Positions 17,877 to 27,343 of a stretch of DNA of 48,610 bases are shown here, piece by piece (position 1 is the first letter of the stretch; every line of letters begins with the position of its first letter). The DNA lies in the NCBI GenBank assembly GCA_043743715.1, contig JAYTWK010000017.1:1-48610 (forward strand). The letters are read 5' to 3'. The DNA comes from a bacterium (GTDB taxonomy: Bacteria; Patescibacteriota; Minisyncoccia; Phycocordibacterales; UBA6899). A program made the translations under genes and the position numbers. A model generated the notes under the pieces. The model made no database searches and was not told the DNA's origin. It was given only the letters and a program-made list of their open reading frames with translations.

Positions 17877-18143
17877 TTACTTCCTCGCAGCAGTCGGGGA
17901 ACGGACAGTCCACCGGCATATCCACTCTCGACCTTCTTGGAGTCAGTGTGGATGGTATAGAAGCCGTTCTGGTCTCGCCCTCGCGAATCTGCCGAGTTGG
18001 AACACTCGGTCAGTGCATAGCCCACTGGACCCCACCGTAAAGCGTGGGAAGTCGAGGTAGCGCGGGTCGAACTCCCGGATGATCGTCGCCGCCCAGCCAG
18101 AGAAAACAAGAACGAAAGCGAGTGAGGTAAGGTGGGTGTGCAT
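17877..18143 (-). pseudogene. Small exported/lipoprotein-like gene with an internal TGA
   Basis: MHTHLTSLAFVLVFSGWAA signal-like start, in-frame TGA at 17943-17945, then 21 more codons to TAA, followed by a terminator hairpin at ~17822-17848. Confidence 0.4.
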
Positions 18144-18249
18144 GCATCTCCACTTAAGACATGTGCGGGAAGGCTGCACCCAATGTGCTGTGTGTATCTA
18201 CAGAACATTTTGTTGACAAATATCAATATTCTCAGTCTAGTTATATATA

Positions 18250-20637
18250 TTACTTGAGGGTTCCCCAACGCTTACCTTGTGCCATGTCAACGACAAGCGG
18301 AATATGCTCACCCACTGTGTTTTTTGCCACGCTTGTCATTTCTGCTTCAATCACCATTTTCATCTTTGCAAGAATATCCTCCGCGTCAGTCACCTCAAAG
18401 ATAAGCTCATCATGCACCTGGAGTACGAGTTCAACATCGGAGTCGAGTTTTGCTTTCTTTAAAGCCCTATCAACACGTATCATCGCTATCTTGACCAAAT
18501 CAGCTGCGGTCCCTTGGAGCGGCGCATTCATCGCCATGCGCTCGGCCATTGCCTTCACGAATGGGATCTTTGAACGCATGTTCGGAAATAACCTGCGTCT
18601 ACCAAACATCGTCTCGGTATACCCCAGTTTTGCTGCATCGCTTTTTACACGCTCAAAATATGCGCCAATACTCGGAAAGGTAATAAAGTACTGATCGTAA
18701 AATTCCTGCGCCTCTTCTCGTGTCGAACCAAGATTAGTCTTCAGTGCTGAGACGCCCATGCCGTATATGATCCCAAAGTTAATCACCTTCGCTTGTCGGC
18801 GCATTTCTTTGGTGACATCAGTGGGTGCAACCTTAAATACGCGCGAAGCGACTGATGAATGGATGTCCTCTCCTTTTTGAAATATTTCCACCAGACCTTT
18901 GTCACTTGAAAGCATTGCGAGCACTCGCATCTCAATCTGCGAGTAATCAAACGACACAAGTAATTTTCCCTTCGGCGCAATAAATGCATCACGGATCACT
19001 TCTCCGAGTCCATCGCGCACCGGGATATTCTGCAGTCCCGGGTTGGTTGAAGAGAATCTACCGGTGACGGAACCGTCCTGATGGAATGTCGTGTGCACGC
19101 GTTTATGTTCGTCGACCATCAAAGGAATGTTGTCGATGTAAGTCGAGAGTAATTTCTGATACTCGCGATACACCAAAATAGCGTCAATGATCGGGTGTGC
19201 ATCGCGCAGTTTCTCAAGCTCGGATTCTCTTGTTGAGCGCGCTCCTCCCTCGGTCTTTTTGAGCCCCTTTGCAGAGAGCCCCATCTTGTCGAACAAGATG
19301 ACACCCATTTGTTTTGGTGAATTAATATTGAATGCTTCTCCGGCGTATTCATAAATCTGCACTTCCGCTTTGGTGAGCTTTTTGTGATAATCAAGCGAAA
19401 GTTTTTTCAGGTACTCAACATCAATGAGCACACCTTTCGTTTGTGCACGTAGGATAATATCGATCAGTGGAAGCTCAATATCACCGTACACCTTTGTTAA
19501 ACCTTGTTTTTGAAGCTCAGATTCGAGTTTCTCCAGTGCTTTTTTTATATTGCGTTCATCAGTATACTCAATCACATCTTCAATACCTGGAGTGGTCTTG
19601 TCGGAGTTGAGTACCCATAAGCCTATCTCCGCCTTACGGAGCTCACGCGGATCATGATCTGTCGGAAGGATTTCTTCTTGTTTTTTCTTCTCTGCCATCT
19701 CCTCCTTCTCCTCTTTTGTACCGAAGAGTGTCCTCATTCTTGTTGCGAGTGACTTGAATTCGAGCAGAGTAAAAAGCTCAATTACCGCGTCTGGGGTGAA
19801 GCTTTCCTTCCATGTCGTTCCCGGCAATTTGTAGGTAATAGGTGCATCGGGACGAATAGTCGCAAGCATCTTTGAGAACAGCGCTTCTTCCTCTCCGCTA
19901 ATCAGGAGTTCAACAATGCGCGGCTTGATACCCGCGTCGATAACTGCCTGCTTATTCTTCTTGAGTGCTTTATATATCTCTTCGATAGTACCAAATTTCT
20001 GTATCAGCTCGCTTCCGGTCTTCTCTCCTATCCCTGCGATGCCAATGATGTTGTCCGAGGGGTCACCACGCAGTCCTTTATAGTCAGGTAGCAATTTCGG
20101 ACCAAAACCAAACCGCTCGTTGACCTTCTCTTCATCATAAATGACAGTATCATTTATCCCTTTCTTGAGAGTGTATACGCGCACATGTTTCTTCTCGACG
20201 AGCTGTAGGGTGTCCATGTCGCCGGATACAATCATAATCTCTACCTCACTATTCTCTTTCATTTGTGCAACAATGGTGCCGAGCATGTCGTCCGCTTCGA
20301 ATCCCGGCTTGTCGTAGATGGGAATATGAAACGCTGTGAAAATGTCGCGACTTCTTTGTAGTTGGTGCTTGAGTGCATCATCGGTTTTCGCACGTCCGGC
20401 TTTGTAGGCTTTGTATTCTTTGTGACGAAAGGTTGGTCCGGGAAGGTCGTAGCATGCGGCCATGTAATCGGGAGAAAAATCCGCGATTGCGCGCAAGAGC
20501 ATGGTCGACAGGCCATAGAGTCCGCCGGTCGGCTCACCTTGTTTGGTGGCAAAGTCGGGGAGCGCATGATACGCGCGATGAATGATTGCGTGCGCATCAA
20601 ACAGCACGAGCCTCGAGGCATGTTCTTTCTTTATCAT
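18250..20637 (-). CDS. polA: DNA polymerase I (5'-3' exonuclease and polymerase; 3'-5' exonuclease region largely absent)
   Basis: LFDAHAIIHRAYHA, EADD, GDPSDNI, DYSQIEMR, AKVINFGIIYG and QVHDEL motifs. Confidence 0.97.
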   Translation of the reverse strand: MIKKEHASRLVLFDAHAIIHRAYHALPDFATKQGEPTGGLYGLSTMLLRAIADFSPDYMAACYDLPGPTFRHKEYKAYKAGRAKTDDALKHQLQRSRDIFTAFHIPIYDKPGFEADDMLGTIVAQMKENSEVEIMIVSGDMDTLQLVEKKHVRVYTLKKGINDTVIYDEEKVNERFGFGPKLLPDYKGLRGDPSDNIIGIAGIGEKTGSELIQKFGTIEEIYKALKKNKQAVIDAGIKPRIVELLISGEEEALFSKMLATIRPDAPITYKLPGTTWKESFTPDAVIELFTLLEFKSLATRMRTLFGTKEEKEEMAEKKKQEEILPTDHDPRELRKAEIGLWVLNSDKTTPGIEDVIEYTDERNIKKALEKLESELQKQGLTKVYGDIELPLIDIILRAQTKGVLIDVEYLKKLSLDYHKKLTKAEVQIYEYAGEAFNINSPKQMGVILFDKMGLSAKGLKKTEGGARSTRESELEKLRDAHPIIDAILVYREYQKLLSTYIDNIPLMVDEHKRVHTTFHQDGSVTGRFSSTNPGLQNIPVRDGLGEVIRDAFIAPKGKLLVSFDYSQIEMRVLAMLSSDKGLVEIFQKGEDIHSSVASRVFKVAPTDVTKEMRRQAKVINFGIIYGMGVSALKTNLGSTREEAQEFYDQYFITFPSIGAYFERVKSDAAKLGYTETMFGRRRLFPNMRSKIPFVKAMAERMAMNAPLQGTAADLVKIAMIRVDRALKKAKLDSDVELVLQVHDELIFEVTDAEDILAKMKMVIEAEMTSVAKNTVGEHIPLVVDMAQGKRWGTLK

Positions 20638-20715
20638 ATCCCCCAATGATACCCTAAAAGCCTGTTGTGCCAATTTTCGTTAAAATTAAACATGCCTACT
20701 TTGTATGAGGATGCT

Positions 20716-21029
20716 CGCCTCCCTTATTCGAGATCGTCTTCGGAGGCTTTGCGACGACGGGTCCCATCTGGAGCAGACGGGTTCCCTAGCCCGCTCGTCT
20801 TTTCCTTACAGGAACTGTCCACTCATTGGCATTTTTACTTCGCTTCGCTTGTAAAACTGCTCAATGAGTCTTGCGACAGCGGGTCCCATCTGCAGCAGAT
20901 GGGTTCCCTACAAGTCACTCGTCTTCCCTTACAGGGACTGTACACCTTTTGGAGATTTAAGAAAATCTCTCAAAAGGTCTTGCGACGACGGGTCCCATCT
21001 GCAGCAGATGGGTTCCCTAGCCCGTCGTC
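20716..21029. repeat. Three tandem multi-hairpin units (REP/BIME-like or cis-regulatory RNA)
   Basis: TTGCGAC..CGGGTCCCATCTG-x-AGCAGA(T/C)GGGTTCCCTA... at 20749, 20871 and 20980, each preceded by a second hairpin of different sequence. Confidence 0.85.
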
Positions 21030-21250
21030 TCACCCCATTTGCCTCCAAACTCGAAGAGTACGAGTTGTCTGGCCTCTTCCACATCTTCATCACGTAAGAC
21101 AAACACATCCGCGCCGTAAGGCTCTTCACCGGCAGCGACGGTTGAAGGTGAGCGTTCACGCAGATAACTTTTTATACCTCTTGTGTTGAGAAATTTATGG
21201 GTCTCCATGGCTTGGGAGACGTCACGAAAAAATTTGATGCGACTACTCAT
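21017..21250 (-). CDS. Small protein, DUF2007/putative signal-transducing-like
   Basis: A...FLNTRGIKSY...VFVLRDEDVEEARQLV pattern; overlaps the tsaE stop (ATGA coupling). Confidence 0.6.
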   Translation of the reverse strand: MSSRIKFFRDVSQAMETHKFLNTRGIKSYLRERSPSTVAAGEEPYGADVFVLRDEDVEEARQLVLFEFGGKWGETTG

Positions 21251-21690
21251 GCCAGTGAAATATGACGGGTATCTTCATTCATAAAAGTAAGGCGCAGTAG
21301 TGTTGCGTCGGCGGGAAACCTCGCGCCGATACGCTCAGGCCATTCGAACAATATCAGATTACGGCTATCAGCTATCATGTCCTCCCATTTTAACACTTCT
21401 ATCTCATTTGGGTCATCTAATCGGTAAGCATCGATATGGATCATGCGTTTCCATTTTGCTCCTGATAGCTCATAGTATTTGGCGAGGATGAATGTTGGAG
21501 AAATAACCTCATCGGTTATCCCCATTTCCTTCGCAAGATATTTTACTAACGTGGTCTTACCTGATCCGAGGTCACCAGAAAGGCCGACGATGGTCGCTTT
21601 ATGTTTCGAGGGGAGAAGTGTGGGGAGGAATCGCTTCGCAAATTCCTTCGTTTGTGTTGTGCCAACAAGTGTCTCATTCATAAAAGACAT
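21247..21690 (-). CDS. tsaE: tRNA threonylcarbamoyladenosine biosynthesis ATPase TsaE
   Basis: LSGDLGSGKTT, SPTF, HIDAYRL and EWPE motifs. Confidence 0.96.
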   Translation of the reverse strand: MSFMNETLVGTTQTKEFAKRFLPTLLPSKHKATIVGLSGDLGSGKTTLVKYLAKEMGITDEVISPTFILAKYYELSGAKWKRMIHIDAYRLDDPNEIEVLKWEDMIADSRNLILFEWPERIGARFPADATLLRLTFMNEDTRHISLA

Positions 21691-21716
21691 ACTAGCACAG
21701 CGTTACACTAGTGGAG

Positions 21717-23375
21717 TTAGGCGGGAATAGGGTCTCTGGGGAAATCTGTTTTGGTTTCACGTTGCTGTGCTTCTTCTTCGAGAGCTATTTGCTCTTTTCT
21801 TTTTTGATAGAATGCCTTACTTTTGCGGATTACGAAGATCGCCCCAGTTATGATGAAAACATAGAGGACCCATCCGAGAAATGTTCCTGGGATGAAGCTC
21901 CAGCCTGAGCTCTGCGATTGAGAGGCAGGAGAGGCAGCACTCCCGGCCGCTCCTGTGACCGAAGAGACAACATTAGAAGCGCCCACATTGTCGGTATATT
22001 CAAGCCGTGCACGCGCATCAGGAAATGCTCCGGCTGCATCGCCAGTGGTTATCCCGAGGATACTAATGGTGCGCGTCGATCCACTCTCGAGACGTCCGAC
22101 GGGAAGGTCATAGGTGCGCTCGGTGCCTGCGGCGCTTTCCTCGAGCAGCAGCTCGTTATTGGTATTATCTCCGATATATACAACGCTCGCAGGAAGGATA
22201 ATCTTAAGTGTTGCGTTGGTTGAGGGTTTATTCACGCGATATGAATAACTGATGCGATATTCGATTGGTGTATGTTGTGGGACTTTTGCTGGGCCAACCT
22301 TCTCAACATGCACTTCAACCACCTTCTTGCCGGTAAGGTTGTTCCAAAAGGAACCGACCGGGTTTGTTGCACCGAGCGCGGCAACATTCGTGTTTGTCAC
22401 TGCTCCGGATGAATTTCCTGAAATTGTGGAGTTCTGGGTATTTGCCGTGGTTCCGGCCGGTGTATTTGCAGTTTGATGGGCGACAGTTTGTGTATTGGTG
22501 TTCGCCACAGTTTTTGGTCTGATAAATGCAAATAGATTGTAGCCGAAAGGTCCGCTTCCTGTGGTGCCACTACTTGCACCAGTGCCGGAGCTGGTCACCG
22601 TGCGAGCAACTCCGTCGGTAGTTTGTGCATCGCTCACATTCTGTGGTTTTACAGTCTCGGGAGGTGGAGGTGGAGTGCCTGTGGTGGTGAACACACTGAT
22701 GTCACCGTAGACAATGCCGAGTCCATTCTGCGCGACAATGCGGTAAAAATAGACCGTACCTGACGTAAGTCCTGAAAGTCCCACTTGAACCGTCCCAGAA
22801 TCTTTGCCCCAACCATTATGAGGTGTTTCATTTTCGAGTTTGTTTGTCGTTCCCCACTGGAACCAATACTGAACTCCCTGACTTTCATGCGGTGCGATAT
22901 ATCCATGAAGCAATGCCGACTTATCGGTGATGGCAGTCGGATCATTGGTATTCACGATAACCAGCGGGTCGACGACGGCAATGACTGGCTTGGTTGTGAA
23001 ATAGATATTCGTTCCTACGGCTTTTCCGAGTCCATTTTCGGAGACTATGCGGTAGTAATACTGCACATTTGGTGCAAGTCCGTAAATATCTGCATACGTG
23101 TCATATGGCTGACTTCCTCCGCCGTAATTCTGATGAGGAGTCTGGTAGAATTGATTCTTACCCTCAATTCCCCATTCGAACCAAACATAGTTGTCGGGCA
23201 TTTCGTTTGGATTGTACGCGCCATTGAGTCGAGCGCCCTTCTCTGTGATATATGTTGGAGCTTTGGTGTTCGCAAGGGGTGCCGATTGGTAGGCGGATGC
23301 AAGGAAAGGAGTAAAAAGCATAGCAGCAAAGAGCGTTGCCGCGAAAGTGCTTGTCTTTGCGTTGGTGTAACTCAT
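21717..23375 (-). CDS. Secreted, C-terminally anchored surface protein with two FN3-like repeats and a DUF11-like domain
   Basis: Signal peptide, two repeats WFEWG/WFQWG...L.P.T.Y.YRIV..N..G...FTT, Thr/Ser linker, and a C-terminal TM with basic tail. Confidence 0.75.
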   Translation of the reverse strand: MSYTNAKTSTFAATLFAAMLFTPFLASAYQSAPLANTKAPTYITEKGARLNGAYNPNEMPDNYVWFEWGIEGKNQFYQTPHQNYGGGSQPYDTYADIYGLAPNVQYYYRIVSENGLGKAVGTNIYFTTKPVIAVVDPLVIVNTNDPTAITDKSALLHGYIAPHESQGVQYWFQWGTTNKLENETPHNGWGKDSGTVQVGLSGLTSGTVYFYRIVAQNGLGIVYGDISVFTTTGTPPPPPETVKPQNVSDAQTTDGVARTVTSSGTGASSGTTGSGPFGYNLFAFIRPKTVANTNTQTVAHQTANTPAGTTANTQNSTISGNSSGAVTNTNVAALGATNPVGSFWNNLTGKKVVEVHVEKVGPAKVPQHTPIEYRISYSYRVNKPSTNATLKIILPASVVYIGDNTNNELLLEESAAGTERTYDLPVGRLESGSTRTISILGITTGDAAGAFPDARARLEYTDNVGASNVVSSVTGAAGSAASPASQSQSSGWSFIPGTFLGWVLYVFIITGAIFVIRKSKAFYQKRKEQIALEEEAQQRETKTDFPRDPIPA

Positions 23376-23465
23376 GATTGCATTCTACACTATTTAATAA
23401 GTTTTGTCAAACATTACCTCCATTCCCTTGTAGAAGGTCTCATCGGAAGGTAGAATGGGTAGGAA

Positions 23466-25145
23466 ATGACTCATTTTGGCGACGATGCAACAAAAAAGCG
23501 GTTCGATGACATGCGTGCGAAGGAGGCCGAGTCGCTCGCGCAGATTCTCTCAAGTAGGTACGACATGCCGTATGTCGACCTTGCGCGTGTCATTATAAAC
23601 AACACCGCACTGCGTCTCATCACCGAGGAAGTAGCGCGTGATGCCGGTGTCGTTGTATTTGCCATAGACCAGAAGACGGTGAGCATAGCAGCCCAGACAC
23701 CACATAATCCAAAATTGCCGAATGTGCTGCAGGAGCTCGATCGTCAAGGTTATACTCCCGTCATCTACCTTGCTTCTGAGTTCAGTATTGCGAAAGCATG
23801 GGAAGTCTATAAGGAGGTCTCAAACGCCGTCGCCGAGGTGGGTGGTGTGATGAGTGTTTCTGAGGAGACAATGCAAAAATATGTTACGACCATCAAAACT
23901 ATCGGCGATGTAAAAGCCGTGGTTGAAAGTGCGATTAGTTCCGGAGATCCTCACGCACTCTCGACCGTCGTCGAGATCATCATGGGTGGTGCAGTGGCAA
24001 CCAATGTTTCGGACGTACATATCGAACCGGAAAAAGATATTGTTCGGGTGCGATATCGTCTCGACGGTATTCTTCAAGATGTTGTTGATATCCAGCTCTC
24101 AAACTATAAGCGCGTGCTCTCGCGCATTAAGCTGCTCGCCGGAGTGAAGCTTAATCTTGTACACGAAGCGCAAGACGGCCGCTTCACTATCAAGATCAGT
24201 GGTGTTGATGTCGAAGTACGTACTTCGATTCTGCCCGCAGCGTATGCTGAATCGGTTGTGATGCGTATCCTTAATCCGAAATCTATTTCGGTTCCACTCG
24301 AGGAACTCGGTATGGATGAATACTTCTATCAGATAATGGTAGATCAAATCAGCAAACCAAACGGTCTTATTCTTACCACTGGTCCTACAGGTTCAGGAAA
24401 GACCACAACCCTCTATGCCTGCCTTAAAAAACTACGCAGTCCGCAAATAAAAATTATCACCATTGAGGATCCTATCGAATATCACCTCGAGGGTATCTCG
24501 CAGACACAGATTGACCATGAAAAGGGTTACGACTTCAGCCACGGACTCCGCGCCGCTGTGCGCCAAGATCCTGACGTCATCATGGTCGGTGAAATCCGCG
24601 ACGAAGAGACTGCAACTGTTGCCATCGACTCTGCACTTACCGGACACCTTGTGTTCTCTACACTGCATACCAACAATGCTGCTGGTGCCATTCCGCGTTT
24701 AATTGATATTGGTGTGAACCCTAAGATTATCAGTTCGGCACTGAATATCGCCATTGGTCAGCGACTTGTGCGCAGATTATGTAAGTTCTGTAAGGAAGAA
24801 TATCTTCCTGAAGGAAAGGAACTTGAAGCCTATGAACGGGCACTCCCCGATATTAGGAAATTTAGACCACGTGTTGTAATCCCTGAGAAGTTGTGGCGTC
24901 CTGTTGGTTGCGACAAGTGTTCGTTCACTGGATTCAAAGGACGTGTCTCTATCTACGAAGGTATTCTTATGGACCGCGCAGTGGAAGCAATACTTCGCGA
25001 GAACCCCTCGGAACGCGAGATCAAAGAAGCAGCAAAGCCTCAGGGTATCCTTGATATGCGCCAAGATGGATTCGTAAAATGTATGACCGGCATGACCGCG
25101 ATATCTGAAATAGACCGTGCCGTCGGCCTCGATGAAGGACGGTAA
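23466..25145 (+). CDS. Type IV pilus/T2SS assembly ATPase (PilB/GspE family)
   Basis: SDVHIEP, RYRLDG, GPTGSGKTTT, EDPIEY, RQDPDVIMVGEIRD and HTNNA motifs; Cys-pair zinc site. Confidence 0.95.
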   Translation: MTHFGDDATKKRFDDMRAKEAESLAQILSSRYDMPYVDLARVIINNTALRLITEEVARDAGVVVFAIDQKTVSIAAQTPHNPKLPNVLQELDRQGYTPVIYLASEFSIAKAWEVYKEVSNAVAEVGGVMSVSEETMQKYVTTIKTIGDVKAVVESAISSGDPHALSTVVEIIMGGAVATNVSDVHIEPEKDIVRVRYRLDGILQDVVDIQLSNYKRVLSRIKLLAGVKLNLVHEAQDGRFTIKISGVDVEVRTSILPAAYAESVVMRILNPKSISVPLEELGMDEYFYQIMVDQISKPNGLILTTGPTGSGKTTTLYACLKKLRSPQIKIITIEDPIEYHLEGISQTQIDHEKGYDFSHGLRAAVRQDPDVIMVGEIRDEETATVAIDSALTGHLVFSTLHTNNAAGAIPRLIDIGVNPKIISSALNIAIGQRLVRRLCKFCKEEYLPEGKELEAYERALPDIRKFRPRVVIPEKLWRPVGCDKCSFTGFKGRVSIYEGILMDRAVEAILRENPSEREIKEAAKPQGILDMRQDGFVKCMTGMTAISEIDRAVGLDEGR

Positions 25146-25185
25146 GATGCAGGAAGTAGTAAGTAGAGAGTAGTAAGTAGAAAAT

Positions 25186-25230
25186 GCCGCAAACAAAAAA
25201 CTCCCTCGCGGAAGTTTTTTGTTTGCGGGC
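25186..25230. terminator. Intrinsic terminator (bidirectional)
   Basis: CCGCAAACAAAAAACT-N-AGTTTTTTGTTTGCGG long stem. Confidence 0.8.
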
Positions 25231-25310
25231 TTGATAGAGAGGGTGCCTTTTGAAGACTTGGTTTTAGAAACCTAGCCTTGATCAAACCGACAACATTACC
25301 GACAGTCATT

Positions 25311-25478
25311 CCAGTATATTACCCTTCAAACAACTACTTCTCACGTAAAACATGAAAAGTTAAATACATTCCTAAGGAGAACTTCAGCACGCACGCACAG
25401 GGCGGCAACCAATGAATCCTCGGAGTAGCATCATGGAAGCCTGTGGGGCCTTAGTAGTTTGAAGGGTGATACACTCGA
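25311..25478 (-). ncRNA. Candidate long-hairpin ncRNA (6S-RNA-like shape)
   Basis: Closing stem AGTGTATCACCCTTCAAACTACT/AGTAGTTGTTTGAAGGGTAATATACT, internal stems and a central unpaired region. Upstream promoter TTGACA-N17-TAAATT on the minus strand. Confidence 0.45.
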
Positions 25479-25501
25479 AACTTTCGATGAGCAATTCTCT
25501 G

Positions 25502-25538
25502 ATGTGCTAAATTTAGCACATTAATTTAAGTTTGTCAA
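25502..25538 (-). promoter_or_regulatory. Sigma70-like promoter with a 20-bp palindromic operator over the -10
   Basis: Minus strand TTGACA aacttaaattaatgtgc TAAATT; perfect palindrome ATGTGCTAAATTTAGCACAT at 25502-25521. Confidence 0.6.
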
Positions 25539-25678
25539 TACCCTCTCACGGGACGATAGTGAATACGCCATCTTCTTTGAAGATGCTCATTCACATGGCA
25601 TACTTGAGAAAGAAATCGCTTGCTTCGTTAGAAGTACTTATTTCTTTTGCTGATACGAGCATAGCATATTCACCCCTT

Positions 25679-26707
25679 ATGTCAAGTAACCCTGAAAACA
25701 AGCCAGATTCTGCTTCAAGTGACGGTCTTTTTCTTGACCAAAAACTGCGCCCGGTGGCATGGGATGAATACGTAGGTCAGAAGCATATAAAACAAAATCT
25801 CCGAATTCTGCTCGGCGCAGCACAAGAGCGCAAACATCCCCCTGAACACCTGCTTTTTTATGGCCCACCCGGACTTGGGAAGACCACACTCGCCCACCTT
25901 ATTGCAAAGGAGATTAGCGCACAGCTGAAAAGCACTTCCGGGCCTGCGATAGAGAAGGTTGGTGATCTTGCATCAATACTCACCAATCTCTCATCCGGAG
26001 ATATCTTGTTTATCGACGAGATCCATCGCCTAAATAAAATGGTTGAAGAGGTCCTCTACCCTGCAATGGAGTCGGGTGTGCTTGATATCATCATTGGCAA
26101 AGGCCCCTCAGCACGCACTATTCAGCTTGAGCTTCCCCCGTTCACGCTTATTGCCGCCACCACCCGTATTGCGCTCCTCTCTGCACCGCTGCGTTCGCGC
26201 TTTTCCGGCGGAGTATTTCGTCTCGAATTTTATACTGAGAAAGAGATTGAAGAGATAGTGAGTCGTTCATCAAAAATACTCGGTGTGGAACTTACCTCCG
26301 ACGGGGCACAAGAGATTGCAAAACGGAGCCGCTTCACACCGCGCACGGCAAATTACTTTCTGAAGCGTTCGCGCGACTTTGCACAGATGCAAAAATCGGA
26401 GCTGAATGAAGATGCGGTCAAGGAAGCACTGCGGCTGCTTGAGGTAGATGAAATAGGCCTCACCCAGCCGGACAGACACCTGCTCACTGCGATGATAGAG
26501 AAGTTCGGCGGTGGACCAGTCGGACTCGCGACTATGGCGGCCGCGACGAGTGAGGAGCAAGCAACTATTGAAGAAGTGTACGAGCCGTACCTCCTCAAGC
26601 TTGGCCTCCTCGAGCGCACGCCGCGCGGAAGACTGGCAACAAAGAAAGCGTATGAGCATCTGGGGTTTGATTACCCAAAGGACAGTCAGGAGAAACTTCT
26701 TTCATGA
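25679..26707 (+). CDS. ruvB: Holliday junction helicase RuvB
   Basis: LRP..WDEYVGQ, GPPGLGKTT, FIDEIHRL, YPAME and RTPRGR motifs. Confidence 0.98.
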   Translation: MSSNPENKPDSASSDGLFLDQKLRPVAWDEYVGQKHIKQNLRILLGAAQERKHPPEHLLFYGPPGLGKTTLAHLIAKEISAQLKSTSGPAIEKVGDLASILTNLSSGDILFIDEIHRLNKMVEEVLYPAMESGVLDIIIGKGPSARTIQLELPPFTLIAATTRIALLSAPLRSRFSGGVFRLEFYTEKEIEEIVSRSSKILGVELTSDGAQEIAKRSRFTPRTANYFLKRSRDFAQMQKSELNEDAVKEALRLLEVDEIGLTQPDRHLLTAMIEKFGGGPVGLATMAAATSEEQATIEEVYEPYLLKLGLLERTPRGRLATKKAYEHLGFDYPKDSQEKLLS

Positions 26708-27264
26708 ACATGAAAAGAGTTTTTATCATACACGGCTGGGAAGGAAATCCATTCATCAACTGGTTTCCTTGGCTTAAATCTGAATTAGAGAAGAGAGCAA
26801 TTGAGGTGATTGTCCCAGCAATGCCCGACACCATGAATCCCACACAAACAGCTTGGGTCGGACACCTTTTATCACTCGTTGGCACTGCAACAGAGGAAAC
26901 TTACTTCGTTGGGCACAGTCTTGGAGGAATCGCTATTCTTCGTTACATTGAGTCACTCGGAGAAGATACCAAGGTCGGAGGTGTCATACTCACAGCATCA
27001 TTTCCAGAGTCGATAGGATACAGTGAACTTTCCTCATTTTTTCAAATTCCTCTCAACTATGAAAAAATTCGCAATAGGGCGGCCAGCATAGTCGCCATAC
27101 AATCAGATAATGACCCATTTGTCCCTGTACGCATGGGTGAGCTATTGAAAAAAAATTTGGGTGCGAGATTGATGACAATGAAGAGTGGTGGCCACTTGAA
27201 CACAAGTGATGGATTCACAGAATTTCCCGAGGTGTTGAAGGAACTTAACTCTATGATTCAGTAA
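26704..27264 (+). CDS. RBBP9/YdeN family alpha/beta serine hydrolase
   Basis: IIHGW, NWFPWL, GHSLG, SDNDPFV and GGH motifs. Confidence 0.93.
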   Translation: MNMKRVFIIHGWEGNPFINWFPWLKSELEKRAIEVIVPAMPDTMNPTQTAWVGHLLSLVGTATEETYFVGHSLGGIAILRYIESLGEDTKVGGVILTASFPESIGYSELSSFFQIPLNYEKIRNRAASIVAIQSDNDPFVPVRMGELLKKNLGARLMTMKSGGHLNTSDGFTEFPEVLKELNSMIQ

Positions 27265-27343
27265 TTGTTTACTTTCGCGAAATTCGTTAGTATCAAGACA
27301 TCAATGAATTTATCTACTTACTACTCTCTACTAACTACTTATT

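Noticed and set aside
1574-17945. UGA recoding (genetic code 25 or 4) suggested by in-frame TGA in two remnants
   Set aside because: Conserved genes (ruvB, yebC, tsaE, idi) end at TGA at their expected C-termini, and no housekeeping gene has an internal TGA.
20749-21029. CRISPR array
   Set aside because: Only three ~50-nt units; the intervening sequences are partly conserved and themselves form hairpins; spacing is unequal and no cas genes are present.
20665-21189. 174-aa plus-strand ORF with repeated RRRVPSAADGFPSP
   Set aside because: It is a translation of the palindromic repeats and lies antisense to the tsaE-polA operon.
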